Shown in pieces: positions 1 to 10,875 of a stretch of 57,097 bases of DNA. Position numbers and translations under genes: made by a program. The notes beneath the pieces were generated by a model that was not told where the DNA came from, did not search any database, and saw nothing but the letters and a program-made list of their open reading frames with translations. The DNA is from Erysipelotrichaceae bacterium (GTDB lineage: Bacteria; Bacillota_I; Bacilli_A; Erysipelotrichales; Erysipelotrichaceae): the NCBI GenBank assembly GCA_003520745.1, contig DOUE01000022.1, forward strand, positions 10,950 to 68,046, written 5' to 3'. Within the stretch, counting starts at the first letter, position 1. Every line of letters starts with the position of its first letter.

Positions 1-869
<869 letters not shown>

Positions 870-1616
870 TTACGCTTTTAAAGCGTCGATGATGGCTTTG
901 AACGAGTCGACTTTCAAGGATGCGCCTCCGATGAGGGCTCCGTCGATGTCGGCTTCCGCCATGTATTCACGGATGTTTTCGGGTTTGACCGATCCGCCGT
1001 ATTGGATACGAACTTTTTCTGCGACTTCGGGTCCGAAGTTCTTCTTCACTTCATCACGGACGATCGCACAGGTATCCTGGGCGATTTCCTTGGTGGCGTT
1101 CTTCCCGGTCCCGATCGCCCAAACCGGTTCGTAGGCGATGACCAGAGCGGCGACATTGTCGCCGGCCAAGCCGTTCAATGCGGCCGCGGTCTGCGTACGG
1201 ACGACGGATTCCGTTTCACCGGCTTCGAATTGCGCCAACGTTTCACCAACGCAAATGATCGGCGTGATCTGGTTCGCGACCAGTTTCAAGGCTTTCTTGT
1301 TGACGGTGGCATCCGTCTCGCCGAAGTAGGTGCGACGTTCGGAATGTCCGATGATGCACCACGTGACGCCGACTTCCTTCAGCATGGATACGCTGACTTC
1401 GCCGGTGAATGCGCCGCTGTCTTCGAAATGGACGTTCTGCGCGGCGATCAAGAGATGTTTCGCATGCGCGACGGATTTCTCCAAGGTAAGAAACGGTACG
1501 CCGACGCCGAAGTCGGCATCGTCGTGCAATAGCGGTTCGATCGCATCGACGAAACTAACGGCTTCGGCGATGGTCTTATTCATCTTCCAATTCCCTACGA
1601 TGATCGGTTTACGCAT
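870..1616 (-). CDS. tpiA: Triosephosphate isomerase
   Basis: 248 aa. Motifs: IVGNWKMNK, IIGHSERR, AYEPVWAIGTGK, YGGSV. Its ATG overlaps the pgk stop (TAATG). Confidence 0.95.
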   Translation of the reverse strand: MRKPIIVGNWKMNKTIAEAVSFVDAIEPLLHDDADFGVGVPFLTLEKSVAHAKHLLIAAQNVHFEDSGAFTGEVSVSMLKEVGVTWCIIGHSERRTYFGETDATVNKKALKLVANQITPIICVGETLAQFEAGETESVVRTQTAAALNGLAGDNVAALVIAYEPVWAIGTGKNATKEIAQDTCAIVRDEVKKNFGPEVAEKVRIQYGGSVKPENIREYMAEADIDGALIGGASLKVDSFKAIIDALKA

Positions 1617-2815
1617 TATTTTTTCTCCTGGATGATGGCGATACCCGGCAATTCCTTGCCTTCCATGAATTCCAGGGAGGCTCCGCCTCCGGTGGAAATG
1701 TGACTGAATTTATCTTTGAATCCAAGTTGGATCGCTGCGGCCGCGGAATCCCCGCCACCGATGACGGTCATCGCACCCGGAAGTTCGGAAATCGCTTTGC
1801 AGACTTCCAAGGTACCGGCGGCGAACGGCTTCATTTCGAAGACGCCCATCGGTCCGTTCCAAACGACGGTTTTCGCTCCCAATAATTCGTTCTTGAAGAG
1901 TTCGATCGATTTCGGACCGATATCCAAGCCCATGTAGTCGGCCGGGATGTGGTCGTTGTCGACGACTTTCGTATCCGCATCTTCAGCGAACGCACTGGCC
2001 GTGATGTGGTCGACCGGCAGGACCAGTTTCCCTTTACCGCGTTCCAGGAATTCTTTCGCCAAGTCCAAACGATCGGCTTCCAGCAGAGATTTTCCGATTT
2101 CCTTGCCTTCCGCCTTCAAGAAGGTATACGCCATCCCGCCGCCGATCAACACCTTGTCGGCGATGTTCAGCAGGTTTTCGATGACCGCGATCTTGTCGGA
2201 GACTTTCGCCCCGCCCAATATCGCAACAAACGGTCGAGCCGGTTCATAGACGGCTTTGCCCAGCATATCGACTTCTTTCTCGACCAAGAAACCCAAGGCC
2301 GAAGGCAGGATTTCCGCAATCCCGACCGTCGAGGAGTGGGCGCGATGTACGGATCCGAAAGCATCCGTCACAAACAAATCGCCCAGCGACGCCCAGTACT
2401 TGCTGAGTTCGGGGTCGTTCTTGCTTTCGCCTTTTTCATAACGCGTGTTCTGAACCAACAGGATTTCCCCGTCGTTCAGCGCGGCGACGGCGGCTTCAAG
2501 TACCGGTCCGCGAGTTTCGGCGCAGAACGAAACCTTGGTGCTGACTTTTTCAGCCAACTTCACCGCAACCGGCGCCATGTTGTTCTTGGCCTTATCCGCC
2601 GCAGTGACTTCGGGGTCTTTATGATCCACCTTGCCTAAATGCGACATCAAAATGATGCGCGCCCCCTGTTCGACCAAATAGTCGATGGTCGGCAGCGCCT
2701 GTACGATACGATTATCGTCTTTGATTTTGCCTTCTTTGATCGGAACGTTAAAATCGACACGAACGATGACGCGTTTCCCTCTTACATCGAGGTCGCGCAC
2801 TGTCTGTTTTGCCAT
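1616..2815 (-). CDS. pgk: Phosphoglycerate kinase
   Basis: 399 aa. Motifs: [36 protein letters not shown]-type RBS upstream. Confidence 0.95.
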   Translation of the reverse strand: MAKQTVRDLDVRGKRVIVRVDFNVPIKEGKIKDDNRIVQALPTIDYLVEQGARIILMSHLGKVDHKDPEVTAADKAKNNMAPVAVKLAEKVSTKVSFCAETRGPVLEAAVAALNDGEILLVQNTRYEKGESKNDPELSKYWASLGDLFVTDAFGSVHRAHSSTVGIAEILPSALGFLVEKEVDMLGKAVYEPARPFVAILGGAKVSDKIAVIENLLNIADKVLIGGGMAYTFLKAEGKEIGKSLLEADRLDLAKEFLERGKGKLVLPVDHITASAFAEDADTKVVDNDHIPADYMGLDIGPKSIELFKNELLGAKTVVWNGPMGVFEMKPFAAGTLEVCKAISELPGAMTVIGGGDSAAAAIQLGFKDKFSHISTGGGASLEFMEGKELPGIAIIQEKK

Positions 2816-2842
2816 ATCTACATCCTCCTTGTAGTCACTCAG

Positions 2843-2871
2843 ATTATAGCATTTCCACTACCTTGAAACAA
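2843..2871 (-). promoter_or_regulatory. Sigma-A-type promoter of pgk-tpiA-eno
   Basis: Minus strand reads TTGTTT (2866-2871), a 17-nt spacer, then TGcTATAAT (-10 at 2843-2848). It lies ~30 nt upstream of the pgk ATG. Confidence 0.6.
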
Positions 2872-2904
2872 TGTTTTTATGCTTGTATGTTAGTCGTTTC
2901 ACAT

Positions 2905-2918
2905 ATTAAGCGCTTTCA
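2905..2918 (-). promoter_or_regulatory. cre-like box (one mismatch) upstream of the pgk promoter
   Basis: Minus strand TGAAAGCGCTTAAT compared with WTGNAANCGNWNNCW; position 13 is A instead of C. Confidence 0.3.
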
Positions 2919-3019
2919 TTTTCGCACTTTTTTAGTGCGCTTTCCCTGCTTCCCGTTTTACTCGGAGTCCGCATTCAAGAGCTTGTCATCCAATTCCGAC
3001 CGACCCTGTTTTTAAGCGT

Positions 3020-3049
3020 TTTCTTAGAAAAAGCGTCTTTCGACGCTTT
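3020..3049 (-). terminator. Rho-independent terminator after glgA
   Basis: Minus strand AAAGCGTC-GAAA-GACGCTTT followed by TTCTAAG, starting 3 nt after the glgA stop. Confidence 0.7.
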
Positions 3050-3051
3050 GA

Positions 3052-4488
3052 TCACTTCGTTTTTCTTTCGATGAGTTTCGCGTATTCTTTGGCCGACTTA
3101 CTCCAGGATACATCCTTCTTCATCGCCTGCTTCACCAGCTTTTTCCAGTTCTCAGGGTTGCGGTAATAAGTATCCAATGCGTATTTGAGGATGTGCTTGA
3201 AATCTTCACGGTTGAAATTGGTGAAGGTGAAGCCGGTCCCTTTGGTGGTGAACTCGTTGTAGGGCTCGACCGTATCCTTCAACCCGCCGGTTTCACGTAC
3301 CAGGGGAAGGGTTCCGTAATGCATGGCGATCAATTGCGAAATCCCGCACGGCTCGAACGCCGACGGCATCAGCAACATATCAGCCCCCGCATAGATGCGA
3401 TGGGCGAGTTCTTCATGGTATCCGCAATAGAAGACGGCGCGACGAGGATAGCGATATTCGATTTGACGCAGTTCGTTTTCGGTCCAATTGTCGCCGGTAC
3501 CCAGGATGATCAGTTGCATGTCCCATCCCATGATTTCGTGCATGGTTTCCATGAGGATCTGAATCCCTTTTTGGGGTGTCAGACGGCTGACCATCGCCAC
3601 CAGCATGACGCCGGGGTCTTGGCGTAGACCGAGTTCGGCTTGGATGGCCGCTTTATTGGCGGCTTTCCCTTTTTCAACCGTACGGGTATCGAAGGATTTC
3701 GCCAATGCAGTATCGACCGTCGGGTTCCATGATTTCACATCGATGCCGTTGACGATGCCATAAAGATCTTTCTTGCGCATGCGCAGGACGTCTTCCATGT
3801 GTTCGCCGAAGTCGGAGGTCAGGATTTCATGGGCATAGGTTTCGGAAACGGTCGTGACCGCGTCCGCATACAGGATGCCGGCTTTCATGAAGGAAACCAT
3901 GCCTTCATGGAAACGGAGCGTCCCGTCGAAATACATCTGGTTGGAAACGCCGATGCAACTTTCCAGTAGGCCATAGGGGAAATTCCCTTGGAAAGCTAGG
4001 TTGTGGATCGTATAGAGGGTCAGAGGTTGGGGGATGCGATGGAGATAGACGGTCTTGCATAACAACGGCAAGAACCCGGTATGCCAGTCGTGGCAATGCA
4101 GGACATCCGCCGAAATATGTTTCTCTTCGATGGCACGCAAGATCGCGTGTTGTAAGAACGAGAATCGTTCGCCGTCATCCGGATAGCCATAGTATCCTTC
4201 GCGTTCGAAATACCCCGCGTGCTCGATCAAATAGTACGTGACATCGCCCACGAGACGGGAATACAAGGTCGCCACGGTGTTCAGACTTCCGACGATGACA
4301 GGATAGGTGGCGATCTTGGTCAGGGTGTGGTGTTGGGTGCGTGCGGTTTTAAGGTATAAGGGAATGATGACCGAGACGTCGAAACCGATCGCACTCAGTT
4401 CTTGAGGCAAACTGCCGACCACATCCGCCAAACCGCCGGTCTTGACGAAGGGTAAACCCTCCGATGCGGCGAACAAGATCTTTTTCAT
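3052..4488 (-). CDS. glgA: Glycogen synthase (ADP-glucose type, GT5)
   Basis: 478 aa. N-terminal MKKILFAASEGLPFVKTGGLADVVGSLP carries the KTGGL motif. GT-B C-terminal region includes PSAFEPCGISQL. Confidence 0.93.
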   Translation of the reverse strand: MKKILFAASEGLPFVKTGGLADVVGSLPQELSAIGFDVSVIIPLYLKTARTQHHTLTKIATYPVIVGSLNTVATLYSRLVGDVTYYLIEHAGYFEREGYYGYPDDGERFSFLQHAILRAIEEKHISADVLHCHDWHTGFLPLLCKTVYLHRIPQPLTLYTIHNLAFQGNFPYGLLESCIGVSNQMYFDGTLRFHEGMVSFMKAGILYADAVTTVSETYAHEILTSDFGEHMEDVLRMRKKDLYGIVNGIDVKSWNPTVDTALAKSFDTRTVEKGKAANKAAIQAELGLRQDPGVMLVAMVSRLTPQKGIQILMETMHEIMGWDMQLIILGTGDNWTENELRQIEYRYPRRAVFYCGYHEELAHRIYAGADMLLMPSAFEPCGISQLIAMHYGTLPLVRETGGLKDTVEPYNEFTTKGTGFTFTNFNREDFKHILKYALDTYYRNPENWKKLVKQAMKKDVSWSKSAKEYAKLIERKTK

Positions 4489-4495
4489 ATCAACC

Positions 4496-5611
4496 TCACA
4501 GGGTATCCCGACGTTTGACGTAGATCAAATCTTCGGGTGTGCCCAAGAGTTCCTTCACATGCATGATCTTGGCATTCTTATCGACGATGCAGTACTTCAA
4601 CTTCGCATTTTCGCCGATAAAGGCGCCGGGTAGGACGATACAGTTTTCAATGACCGCCCCCGGTTTCACGATGACGCCGCGTCCTAGGACCGAATTACGC
4701 ACTTCGCCTTCGATGAAACATCCGTTGGCGATGGTCGAGAACTTGACATCCGCCAAGGGTGAATATTGGGTCGGGCAGGAGTCGTTGGTACGGGTATGGA
4801 ACGGCCACTTCGGATCGAAGAGTTCGCTCGCCTTGTCCCTGCAGATCAACTCCATGTTGGCCTTGAAATACTGGTCAAGATTGTTGATGCAGGCGACATA
4901 GCCTTTGTGGTTGTATCCGACAACGTTCAACGTATTCAGGTTGTCCCCGATGATGTCGGAGAGGGTATACATCGAACTGGTCTTCTGTGCCAACTTCACT
5001 AAGTCGATGAAGAGGTTCTTTCTCATGATATACATACGTAGCGAAACATGGCGGTTTTTGAACTTGCCTTGGTTCTTTTCAAACTTCACGATCCGTTTGT
5101 CGCGGTCCAAGGTCAAGGTGTTGATTCCGATGAACGCTTCTTTCGCATTGTCGATGGTCTTGTAGGCGACGGTGACATCGGCTCCCGATTCCATGTGGGC
5201 GGCCATGACGTCGTTGAAGTCGATCTTGGTGACCATGAAACTCGGAGCGATGACGACATATGGATACTTCGCTTCTTCGATGAACTGCATGTTCTGCATG
5301 AAGGCCGTGATGTCGTGGTTGTAGATTTCGGAATGGATGGGTTCTTCCCCGCTCAGTAAATGCAATTTACCGCGCTTTGAATTGATGTTGTATTGACGAC
5401 CCGTCCCCAGATGTTCGAAAACGGAACGCGGTTTCGACTTGACGTAGACCTGGACATGCTTGATGCCCGAATTGGTCATGTTGGAAAGCGCGAAGTCGAT
5501 CAGGCGGTAACGGCCGAGAAACGACACCGAAGGCATCGGACGATAGTCCTGCAGCCCTTCGACATATGCGGATGCGTCATCGTAGTTGATGATTCCTAAT
5601 GCGTTGCACAT
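4496..5611 (-). CDS. glgD: Glucose-1-phosphate adenylyltransferase regulatory subunit GlgD
   Basis: 371 aa. GlgC-like fold (RYRLIDFALSNMTNSG, beta-helix C-terminus) but lacking the GGxGxRL loop. It sits between glgC and glgA as in Firmicutes. Confidence 0.85.
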   Translation of the reverse strand: MCNALGIINYDDASAYVEGLQDYRPMPSVSFLGRYRLIDFALSNMTNSGIKHVQVYVKSKPRSVFEHLGTGRQYNINSKRGKLHLLSGEEPIHSEIYNHDITAFMQNMQFIEEAKYPYVVIAPSFMVTKIDFNDVMAAHMESGADVTVAYKTIDNAKEAFIGINTLTLDRDKRIVKFEKNQGKFKNRHVSLRMYIMRKNLFIDLVKLAQKTSSMYTLSDIIGDNLNTLNVVGYNHKGYVACINNLDQYFKANMELICRDKASELFDPKWPFHTRTNDSCPTQYSPLADVKFSTIANGCFIEGEVRNSVLGRGVIVKPGAVIENCIVLPGAFIGENAKLKYCIVDKNAKIMHVKELLGTPEDLIYVKRRDTL

Positions 5612-5626
5612 GGTGTGGCCTCCTCC

Positions 5627-6757
5627 TTACGCGTGGACATTCCGGTGGATCAGTTCGATCTCACCGTCGCCAGGTTTCCCGACCTTGGCGTTTTCTTTAA
5701 TCTCGACCTCGTCCGCGACGATGACCCGTTGCACAAGAGCGCCTTTACGTACGATCGCTCCCGGCATCAAGACGGAATCGATGACTTTCGCCCCTTCTTC
5801 AACCACGCAGCTGGTGAAGAGTACGGAGTTTTCCACATGCCCGTCGACGATGCAGCCTTGGTTGATGTAGGCGTTCTTCACGGTCGCATTGCGTCCGATG
5901 TATTGCGAAGGCAAAGTGATGTCTTCGGTATAGATTTTCCAAGCAGGGTCGGAGAGATCCAGTTCGCTTCCGCGATAGATCAAATCCATGTTGGCTTCCC
6001 ATAAACTGTCGATGGTGCCGACATCCTTCCAGTATCCTTTAAAGCGGTGGGTAAACAACCGTTTCCCTGAATTCAACGCTCCCGGGATGATGTCCTTCCC
6101 GAAGTCGTGGCTGGATTTCTCCGCCTTGACATCGTCGACAAGCATCTTCCTGAGTAGTTTCCAGTTGAAGATGTAAACCCCCATGGATGCAAGGTTGCTC
6201 TTGGGTTGTTTCGGTTTTTCTTCGAATTCGACGATCCGACCTGTTTCATCCGCGTTCATGATGCCAAAGCGCGACGCTTCTTTCAGCGGGACTTCAAGCA
6301 CCGCGATCGTAATGTCCGCGTTGTTCTTCTTGTGGTCGCTCAGCATCTTGTCATAATCCATCTTGTAGATATGGTCGCCTGACAAGATCAAGACATATTC
6401 GGGGTCGTACTGGTCGAGGAAGTCGATGTTCTGCGTGATCGCATCCGCCGTCCCGCGGTACAATCCGAAGCCTTCGCTCTTTTCGCGCGGAGGCAAAACG
6501 AAAATCCCTGAATCTTTCGCATCCAAGCCCCAGCGTTGGTCTTGCGTGACATACGAATTCAAAAGCACCGATTCGTACTGGGTTAACACCCCGACGATAT
6601 TGATGTCCGAATTCGCGCAATTACTGAGCGGAAAGTCGATGATGCGATACTTCCCTCCGAAATACACAGCGGGTTTCGCGACTTTGTTGGTAAGCTCCAG
6701 CAACCGTGATCCGCGCCCGCCGGCAAGGATCATGGCCACCATCGAATGTTGGCGCAT
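5627..6757 (-). CDS. glgC: Glucose-1-phosphate adenylyltransferase
   Basis: 376 aa. Motifs: [15 protein letters not shown] (GGxGxRL), [22 protein letters not shown]. Confidence 0.93.
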   Translation of the reverse strand: MRQHSMVAMILAGGRGSRLLELTNKVAKPAVYFGGKYRIIDFPLSNCANSDINIVGVLTQYESVLLNSYVTQDQRWGLDAKDSGIFVLPPREKSEGFGLYRGTADAITQNIDFLDQYDPEYVLILSGDHIYKMDYDKMLSDHKKNNADITIAVLEVPLKEASRFGIMNADETGRIVEFEEKPKQPKSNLASMGVYIFNWKLLRKMLVDDVKAEKSSHDFGKDIIPGALNSGKRLFTHRFKGYWKDVGTIDSLWEANMDLIYRGSELDLSDPAWKIYTEDITLPSQYIGRNATVKNAYINQGCIVDGHVENSVLFTSCVVEEGAKVIDSVLMPGAIVRKGALVQRVIVADEVEIKENAKVGKPGDGEIELIHRNVHA

Positions 6758-6879
6758 ATTATATTTGTCCCCTTTTCATTATAGTTTTATTATACTCCAT
6801 TTTCGTTTTTCAACGAAATCGAGTTTTGCACTTTCTTGCGATTTCACTTCAATATCGGCACTTATCCAGGACGGTGGAA

Positions 6880-6904
6880 TAAGAAAAACGGAACTTAGTT
6901 CCGT
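6880..6904 (-). terminator. Terminator overlapping the stop codon of the folT-like gene
   Basis: Minus strand ACGGAAC-TAA-GTTCCGT followed by TTTTTCTT. The stop codon is the loop. Confidence 0.6.
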
Positions 6905-7746
6905 CTTCGTTCAATTAATCGTTCAATCGTACTTACAATGAAATATCCGAGTACGATATTGAGTTGGATCATCACCGTCCCCTTCACCAAACGGGGGGCG
7001 ACGCTGAACCAAAACGGGATCCCGTACATGGTTTGAAGCCAGAGCGGGGTTAAGATAAGATTGACGACGAATTCGACCAATAAGACCGCGATGACCCAAT
7101 CCGTCAATGCGAAACGCAGGTTCTTGGTTTTAAAGTAATTCGTGATGATGTTCAGCATGACGATCATGAAGGCGAAGAGGATCGTGCTGAGGATGAAGAT
7201 GCCGATCTTCGTCATCATGGAGATCTCCATGATTTCCTGGCCGACCTTCACTTCGTCGATGGTGAAGGTGAATGCCATGGCAAGAAGGTAGAACCCCCCC
7301 AACAACACATGCGGCAGGTACTTGAACTGTTTGATCTTGGTCTTGGGGATCAACATCCATAGCGCCGGCAACATCGCGACCAGGATCTTGTTGAGCGTGA
7401 ACCCGAAGAACGGGAAACCGACCGGCATGGTCAAGAGTTCAAGGACGTCTTCCATTAACCCGGCGAGAAACGCCCAGGATGGTCCGAGAAACAACCCGAT
7501 CATCATCAAAGGCAACTGGGAAAATCCGATCTTCAAACTGGGATAGCCGAACATCGGGACCATCAGGGAAAAGATCGAAAGGATGACGGAAAGCATGACC
7601 ATCAACGCCGTGAAGGTGATGGAACGGATTTCAAGTTTCAACGGAAAAAATTTGAACGTCAAAAACCCCAGGACTAGGATCGCGACGACCGCAAGTACTT
7701 GGATGACGATGGACAAACTAAGGATGGAGTCGAAAAATTCGCTCAT
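6895..7746 (-). CDS. Putative folate-family ECF transporter S component (FolT-like), unusually long
   Basis: 283-aa polytopic membrane protein. The core (ITFTALMVMLSVILS...KIGFSQLPLMMIGLFLGPSWAFLAGLMEDVLELL...GFPFFGFTLNKIL) resembles the FolT pattern. It overlaps the folC stop by 4 nt. Confidence 0.5.
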   Translation of the reverse strand: MSEFFDSILSLSIVIQVLAVVAILVLGFLTFKFFPLKLEIRSITFTALMVMLSVILSIFSLMVPMFGYPSLKIGFSQLPLMMIGLFLGPSWAFLAGLMEDVLELLTMPVGFPFFGFTLNKILVAMLPALWMLIPKTKIKQFKYLPHVLLGGFYLLAMAFTFTIDEVKVGQEIMEISMMTKIGIFILSTILFAFMIVMLNIITNYFKTKNLRFALTDWVIAVLLVEFVVNLILTPLWLQTMYGIPFWFSVAPRLVKGTVMIQLNIVLGYFIVSTIERLIERRRN

Positions 7747-8996
7747 GGGGATCGCCTTTCTAGAATTTCGTCAAGATAGTGGTTGCGGACATCGGAAATG
7801 AAATACAGGGATCCGGTGATCAGAAGACTTCCGATAGAAACGCCGCGCAGACCTTCACGCAAGGCTTCCAGGGGATCGGAAATGACTTCGACGGGTAATC
7901 CATCCGCAAGATCGACGGCTTTCGCACCACGATAGTACTGGAATTCCGTCACTATGATTCTATCACAAACACCCAGGAGTTTCTCCAACATTCCTTTGGC
8001 TTTCTTGTCTTTCAGCGCCGTGAACACCGCGACGACCGGTTGCGGGAGGGATTGGATACTGGAGAGGATGGCCGCGACCCCGTGTTCGTTGTGCGCACCG
8101 TCCAACACGATCGTGGGATTCGTGTGGACGACCTCGAAGCGTCCCTTCCACAGTGCACGCTCCAGTCCGTTCTTGATCGATTCATCGGAAACCTCCCAAC
8201 CTAGATGATCACGCAGATACAACAGCGCGTCGATCGCCAGGGATGCGTTGCTGATTTGATACAAGGCCGGTCCTTTGAGATGGATGCGATATCCCTGATA
8301 GTCGAAGGTGACCGAGGATTGATCATGGGCGATCAGGGTGGCTTCCGTGGTCAGTAACAGTTCGCTTCGTTTCTCTTCGCAAACGCGATGGAATACGTTC
8401 AAACACTCTTCTTTCTTTTCACCCGTGATCACCGGAACATGGTCCTTGATGATGCCGGCTTTTTCACCTGCGATCAGTTCCAACGTATCGCCAAGATAAT
8501 CCATATGGTCCATCCCGATGTTGGTGATCAGGGCGAGTTGGGGAAGGATGAGATTGGTGGCGTCCAACCGTCCACCTAGGCCGACTTCATAGAGCGCGAT
8601 GTCGACCGCTTCTTCTTTGAAATACGTCGCCGCCAGGACCATGTCGATCTCAAACATCGTCAGTCCGTATTTCTCGAACACGGGATAGAAGCGGTTGCCA
8701 TATTCCAGAAGTTTCTCGTCGGTGATGAAGATGTCGTTGATCCGGATCCGGTCGTTGTGGACTTCAAGGTGGGGCGATGTGAAACTTCCGACCCGGTACC
8801 CCGCTTCCTGGAGTACGCTTCTTAGGAAGTTGGTCGTACTTCCCTTCCCGTTGGTCCCGGCGATATGAACGCAAGGAACGGCGAACTGGGGTTGTCCGAG
8901 TTCGACCAACGCATCGTTGAGACGACTCAGTCCGAATCTTCCCGACGACATCCTTCGGGTGGTATAGTCGATGAATTCATGGATGGTTTGAAACAT
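7743..8996 (-). CDS. folC: Folylpolyglutamate synthase / dihydrofolate synthase
   Basis: HIAGTNGKGST P-loop and Mur-ligase fold. I place the start at the ATG at 8994-8996 (MFQTIHEF), which overlaps the ung stop as TAATG. The ORF-track start at 9011 is a TTG. Confidence 0.9.
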   Translation of the reverse strand: MFQTIHEFIDYTTRRMSSGRFGLSRLNDALVELGQPQFAVPCVHIAGTNGKGSTTNFLRSVLQEAGYRVGSFTSPHLEVHNDRIRINDIFITDEKLLEYGNRFYPVFEKYGLTMFEIDMVLAATYFKEEAVDIALYEVGLGGRLDATNLILPQLALITNIGMDHMDYLGDTLELIAGEKAGIIKDHVPVITGEKKEECLNVFHRVCEEKRSELLLTTEATLIAHDQSSVTFDYQGYRIHLKGPALYQISNASLAIDALLYLRDHLGWEVSDESIKNGLERALWKGRFEVVHTNPTIVLDGAHNEHGVAAILSSIQSLPQPVVAVFTALKDKKAKGMLEKLLGVCDRIIVTEFQYYRGAKAVDLADGLPVEVISDPLEALREGLRGVSIGSLLITGSLYFISDVRNHYLDEILERRSP

Positions 8997-9658
8997 TAGT
9001 CGATCCTCCAATCGATCGGGGTTCTGCCTGACCGTATGAGGAATTCATTGGTCTTAGAGAACGGTTTGCTTCCAAAAAACCCGTTATACGCGGACAGGGG
9101 GGAGGGGTGGGGAGAGCGTATGAGATGATGCTTGGGATTGGTGATGACTTTCGCTTTCTCTTGCGCATTCTTGCCCCAGAGAATGAAAACGACGGGTTCG
9201 GGATGTTGGTTGCAGAGTTCAAGGATATGGTCGGTGAATACTTCCCAGCCTTTGTCCTTGTGTGAAAGAGGCTTGCCTTCTTCGACCGTCAGCAAGGTGT
9301 TCAGCAACAATACCCCTTGTTTCGCCCATGGGATCAGGCAGCCGCTTTTCGGGATCGGTAGATTCAGATCGGACGAGAGTTCCTTGAAGATGTTCTGGAG
9401 ACTAGGCGGGAAGGGCGTTCCGGGGAGGACCGAGAAACAGCAGCCATGGGCTTGCCGGGGTTGGTGATAAGGGTCTTGACCGAGGAGGACGACTTTCAGG
9501 TCGGGAAGGTCGAAATAGCCGAAACAGGAAAAAACGCTCTCCCGCGCCGGGTAGATCGTTTTTTCTTCATACTCATGTTTTAAAAAAGCGGCCAGTTGTT
9601 GGAAATACGGTTGCTTGAATTCGTTTTTCAGGATCGCACCCCACTGGTTTTCCATCAT
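8996..9658 (-). CDS. ung: Uracil-DNA glycosylase (family 1)
   Basis: 220 aa. Motifs: GQDPYH and HPSPLSA. Confidence 0.92.
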   Translation of the reverse strand: MMENQWGAILKNEFKQPYFQQLAAFLKHEYEEKTIYPARESVFSCFGYFDLPDLKVVLLGQDPYHQPRQAHGCCFSVLPGTPFPPSLQNIFKELSSDLNLPIPKSGCLIPWAKQGVLLLNTLLTVEEGKPLSHKDKGWEVFTDHILELCNQHPEPVVFILWGKNAQEKAKVITNPKHHLIRSPHPSPLSAYNGFFGSKPFSKTNEFLIRSGRTPIDWRID

Positions 9659-10875
9659 CCGTTCACCCTCGTTTGCGCCTTTATCCGATCGCGCCTGTTG
9701 TGATATATTGTAGCATATCCGGTCAGGATCAGGGCGAACGTCGATGCGGTGATGACGGCCACCGGCAAAAACAGGTCTTTCGGAAGGAAGAGCGCGAAGA
9801 GCAGGATCAATCCCATCCCCATGACCCGCCCGGCGTTGATCGCGACTTCCTTGACGATCGTGCGGCCAAGGATACTTTCGTTTTTCACGTAGTCCTGCAT
9901 GGCGTTCATCATGATGATCGAGAAGGGGTTGGCATAGAACGGCGTCGCGATGGCGTTCATCAAGCCATAGTAGATCGCTCCGTAAAGATTGGGGACAAGC
10001 ACCAGGACGACGGTGCTGGTGAAGACCAGGAAAGAAGCGTAACGATAGGATTTCATCCGGTTCTTGCGGCTGATCACTTTCCCCGCCAGATAGAAGGTCA
10101 GGATACTGATGACGGCGAAAATCGCCAAGAGTTGGGAGTAGAGTCCGCCTTTGCCTCCGGTCGCGTTGTACACCAGCAAACCGGCAAGCACTAATGTGGC
10201 GCTTTCACGGAAGCCGAAGAGGAAATGCGAATTCATGACATAGGCCCATTGCGGATCCTTCTTGAGGTTGAATTTATCTTTGAGGGTGTACTTGGCTTTG
10301 GGGGTCACGACGGCGACGTTGAGCGACAAGAATGCGGTGATCGCATAGATGAAGATGACCACTTGGAAGATGCGCAGGTAGCCGGCGACGTCTGAGATCG
10401 AGTTGACGATGATCCAGTTTGCGGCCAGAGGGGCGATGATGCTGGAGACGGAGTTCATGACGCCCATCAGTGAAAGATATCTGGCGCGGGATTCCTTGGT
10501 CGAGGAGAGAAGGTTGAGGACGACGATGCTGCACCAGTAGATGCCTTCGCCGATCCCGAAGAAGAGTGCGACCGCGAATACCAACAAAGTGTTCTCGGCG
10601 ATGGCTTCATTAAGGAAAAGGAGATAGAACATGCCCAAGATGATGATGGAAAGACCGGTCGCGATGGAACCGGAGAGTTTCAGTTTGCGTGAAAGCATGC
10701 CTCCGAAGTAGAAACCGATCGGAAAGAGACCGAAACGGATCATCGAATAAGCCGTCATGGTTTCCAACGACTTCGTGAAGACATAGAGATAGACATTGAC
10801 GAACACGGCCGCCATGGTCGCCGCCAAGACATAGCTGGCATTGACGAAAATCAGTATTTTCTCGTTTTTACTCAT
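9655..10875 (-). CDS. MFS-type transporter, substrate unknown
   Basis: 406 aa with ~12 hydrophobic segments and a motif-A-like GGMLSRKLKL loop. The start overlaps the upstream lipoprotein gene by 8 nt. Confidence 0.7.
   Translation of the reverse strand: MSKNEKILIFVNASYVLAATMAAVFVNVYLYVFTKSLETMTAYSMIRFGLFPIGFYFGGMLSRKLKLSGSIATGLSIIILGMFYLLFLNEAIAENTLLVFAVALFFGIGEGIYWCSIVVLNLLSSTKESRARYLSLMGVMNSVSSIIAPLAANWIIVNSISDVAGYLRIFQVVIFIYAITAFLSLNVAVVTPKAKYTLKDKFNLKKDPQWAYVMNSHFLFGFRESATLVLAGLLVYNATGGKGGLYSQLLAIFAVISILTFYLAGKVISRKNRMKSYRYASFLVFTSTVVLVLVPNLYGAIYYGLMNAIATPFYANPFSIIMMNAMQDYVKNESILGRTIVKEVAINAGRVMGMGLILLFALFLPKDLFLPVAVITASTFALILTGYATIYHNRRDRIKAQTRVNG

Noticed and set aside
6803-6822. TTCGTT-TTTC-AACGAA hairpin and two TATAAT hexamers upstream of glgC as a promoter/attenuator
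   Set aside because: I could not pair either TATAAT with a -35 at 16-18 nt spacing, and the hairpin is short and AT-rich. The glgC promoter is left unassigned.
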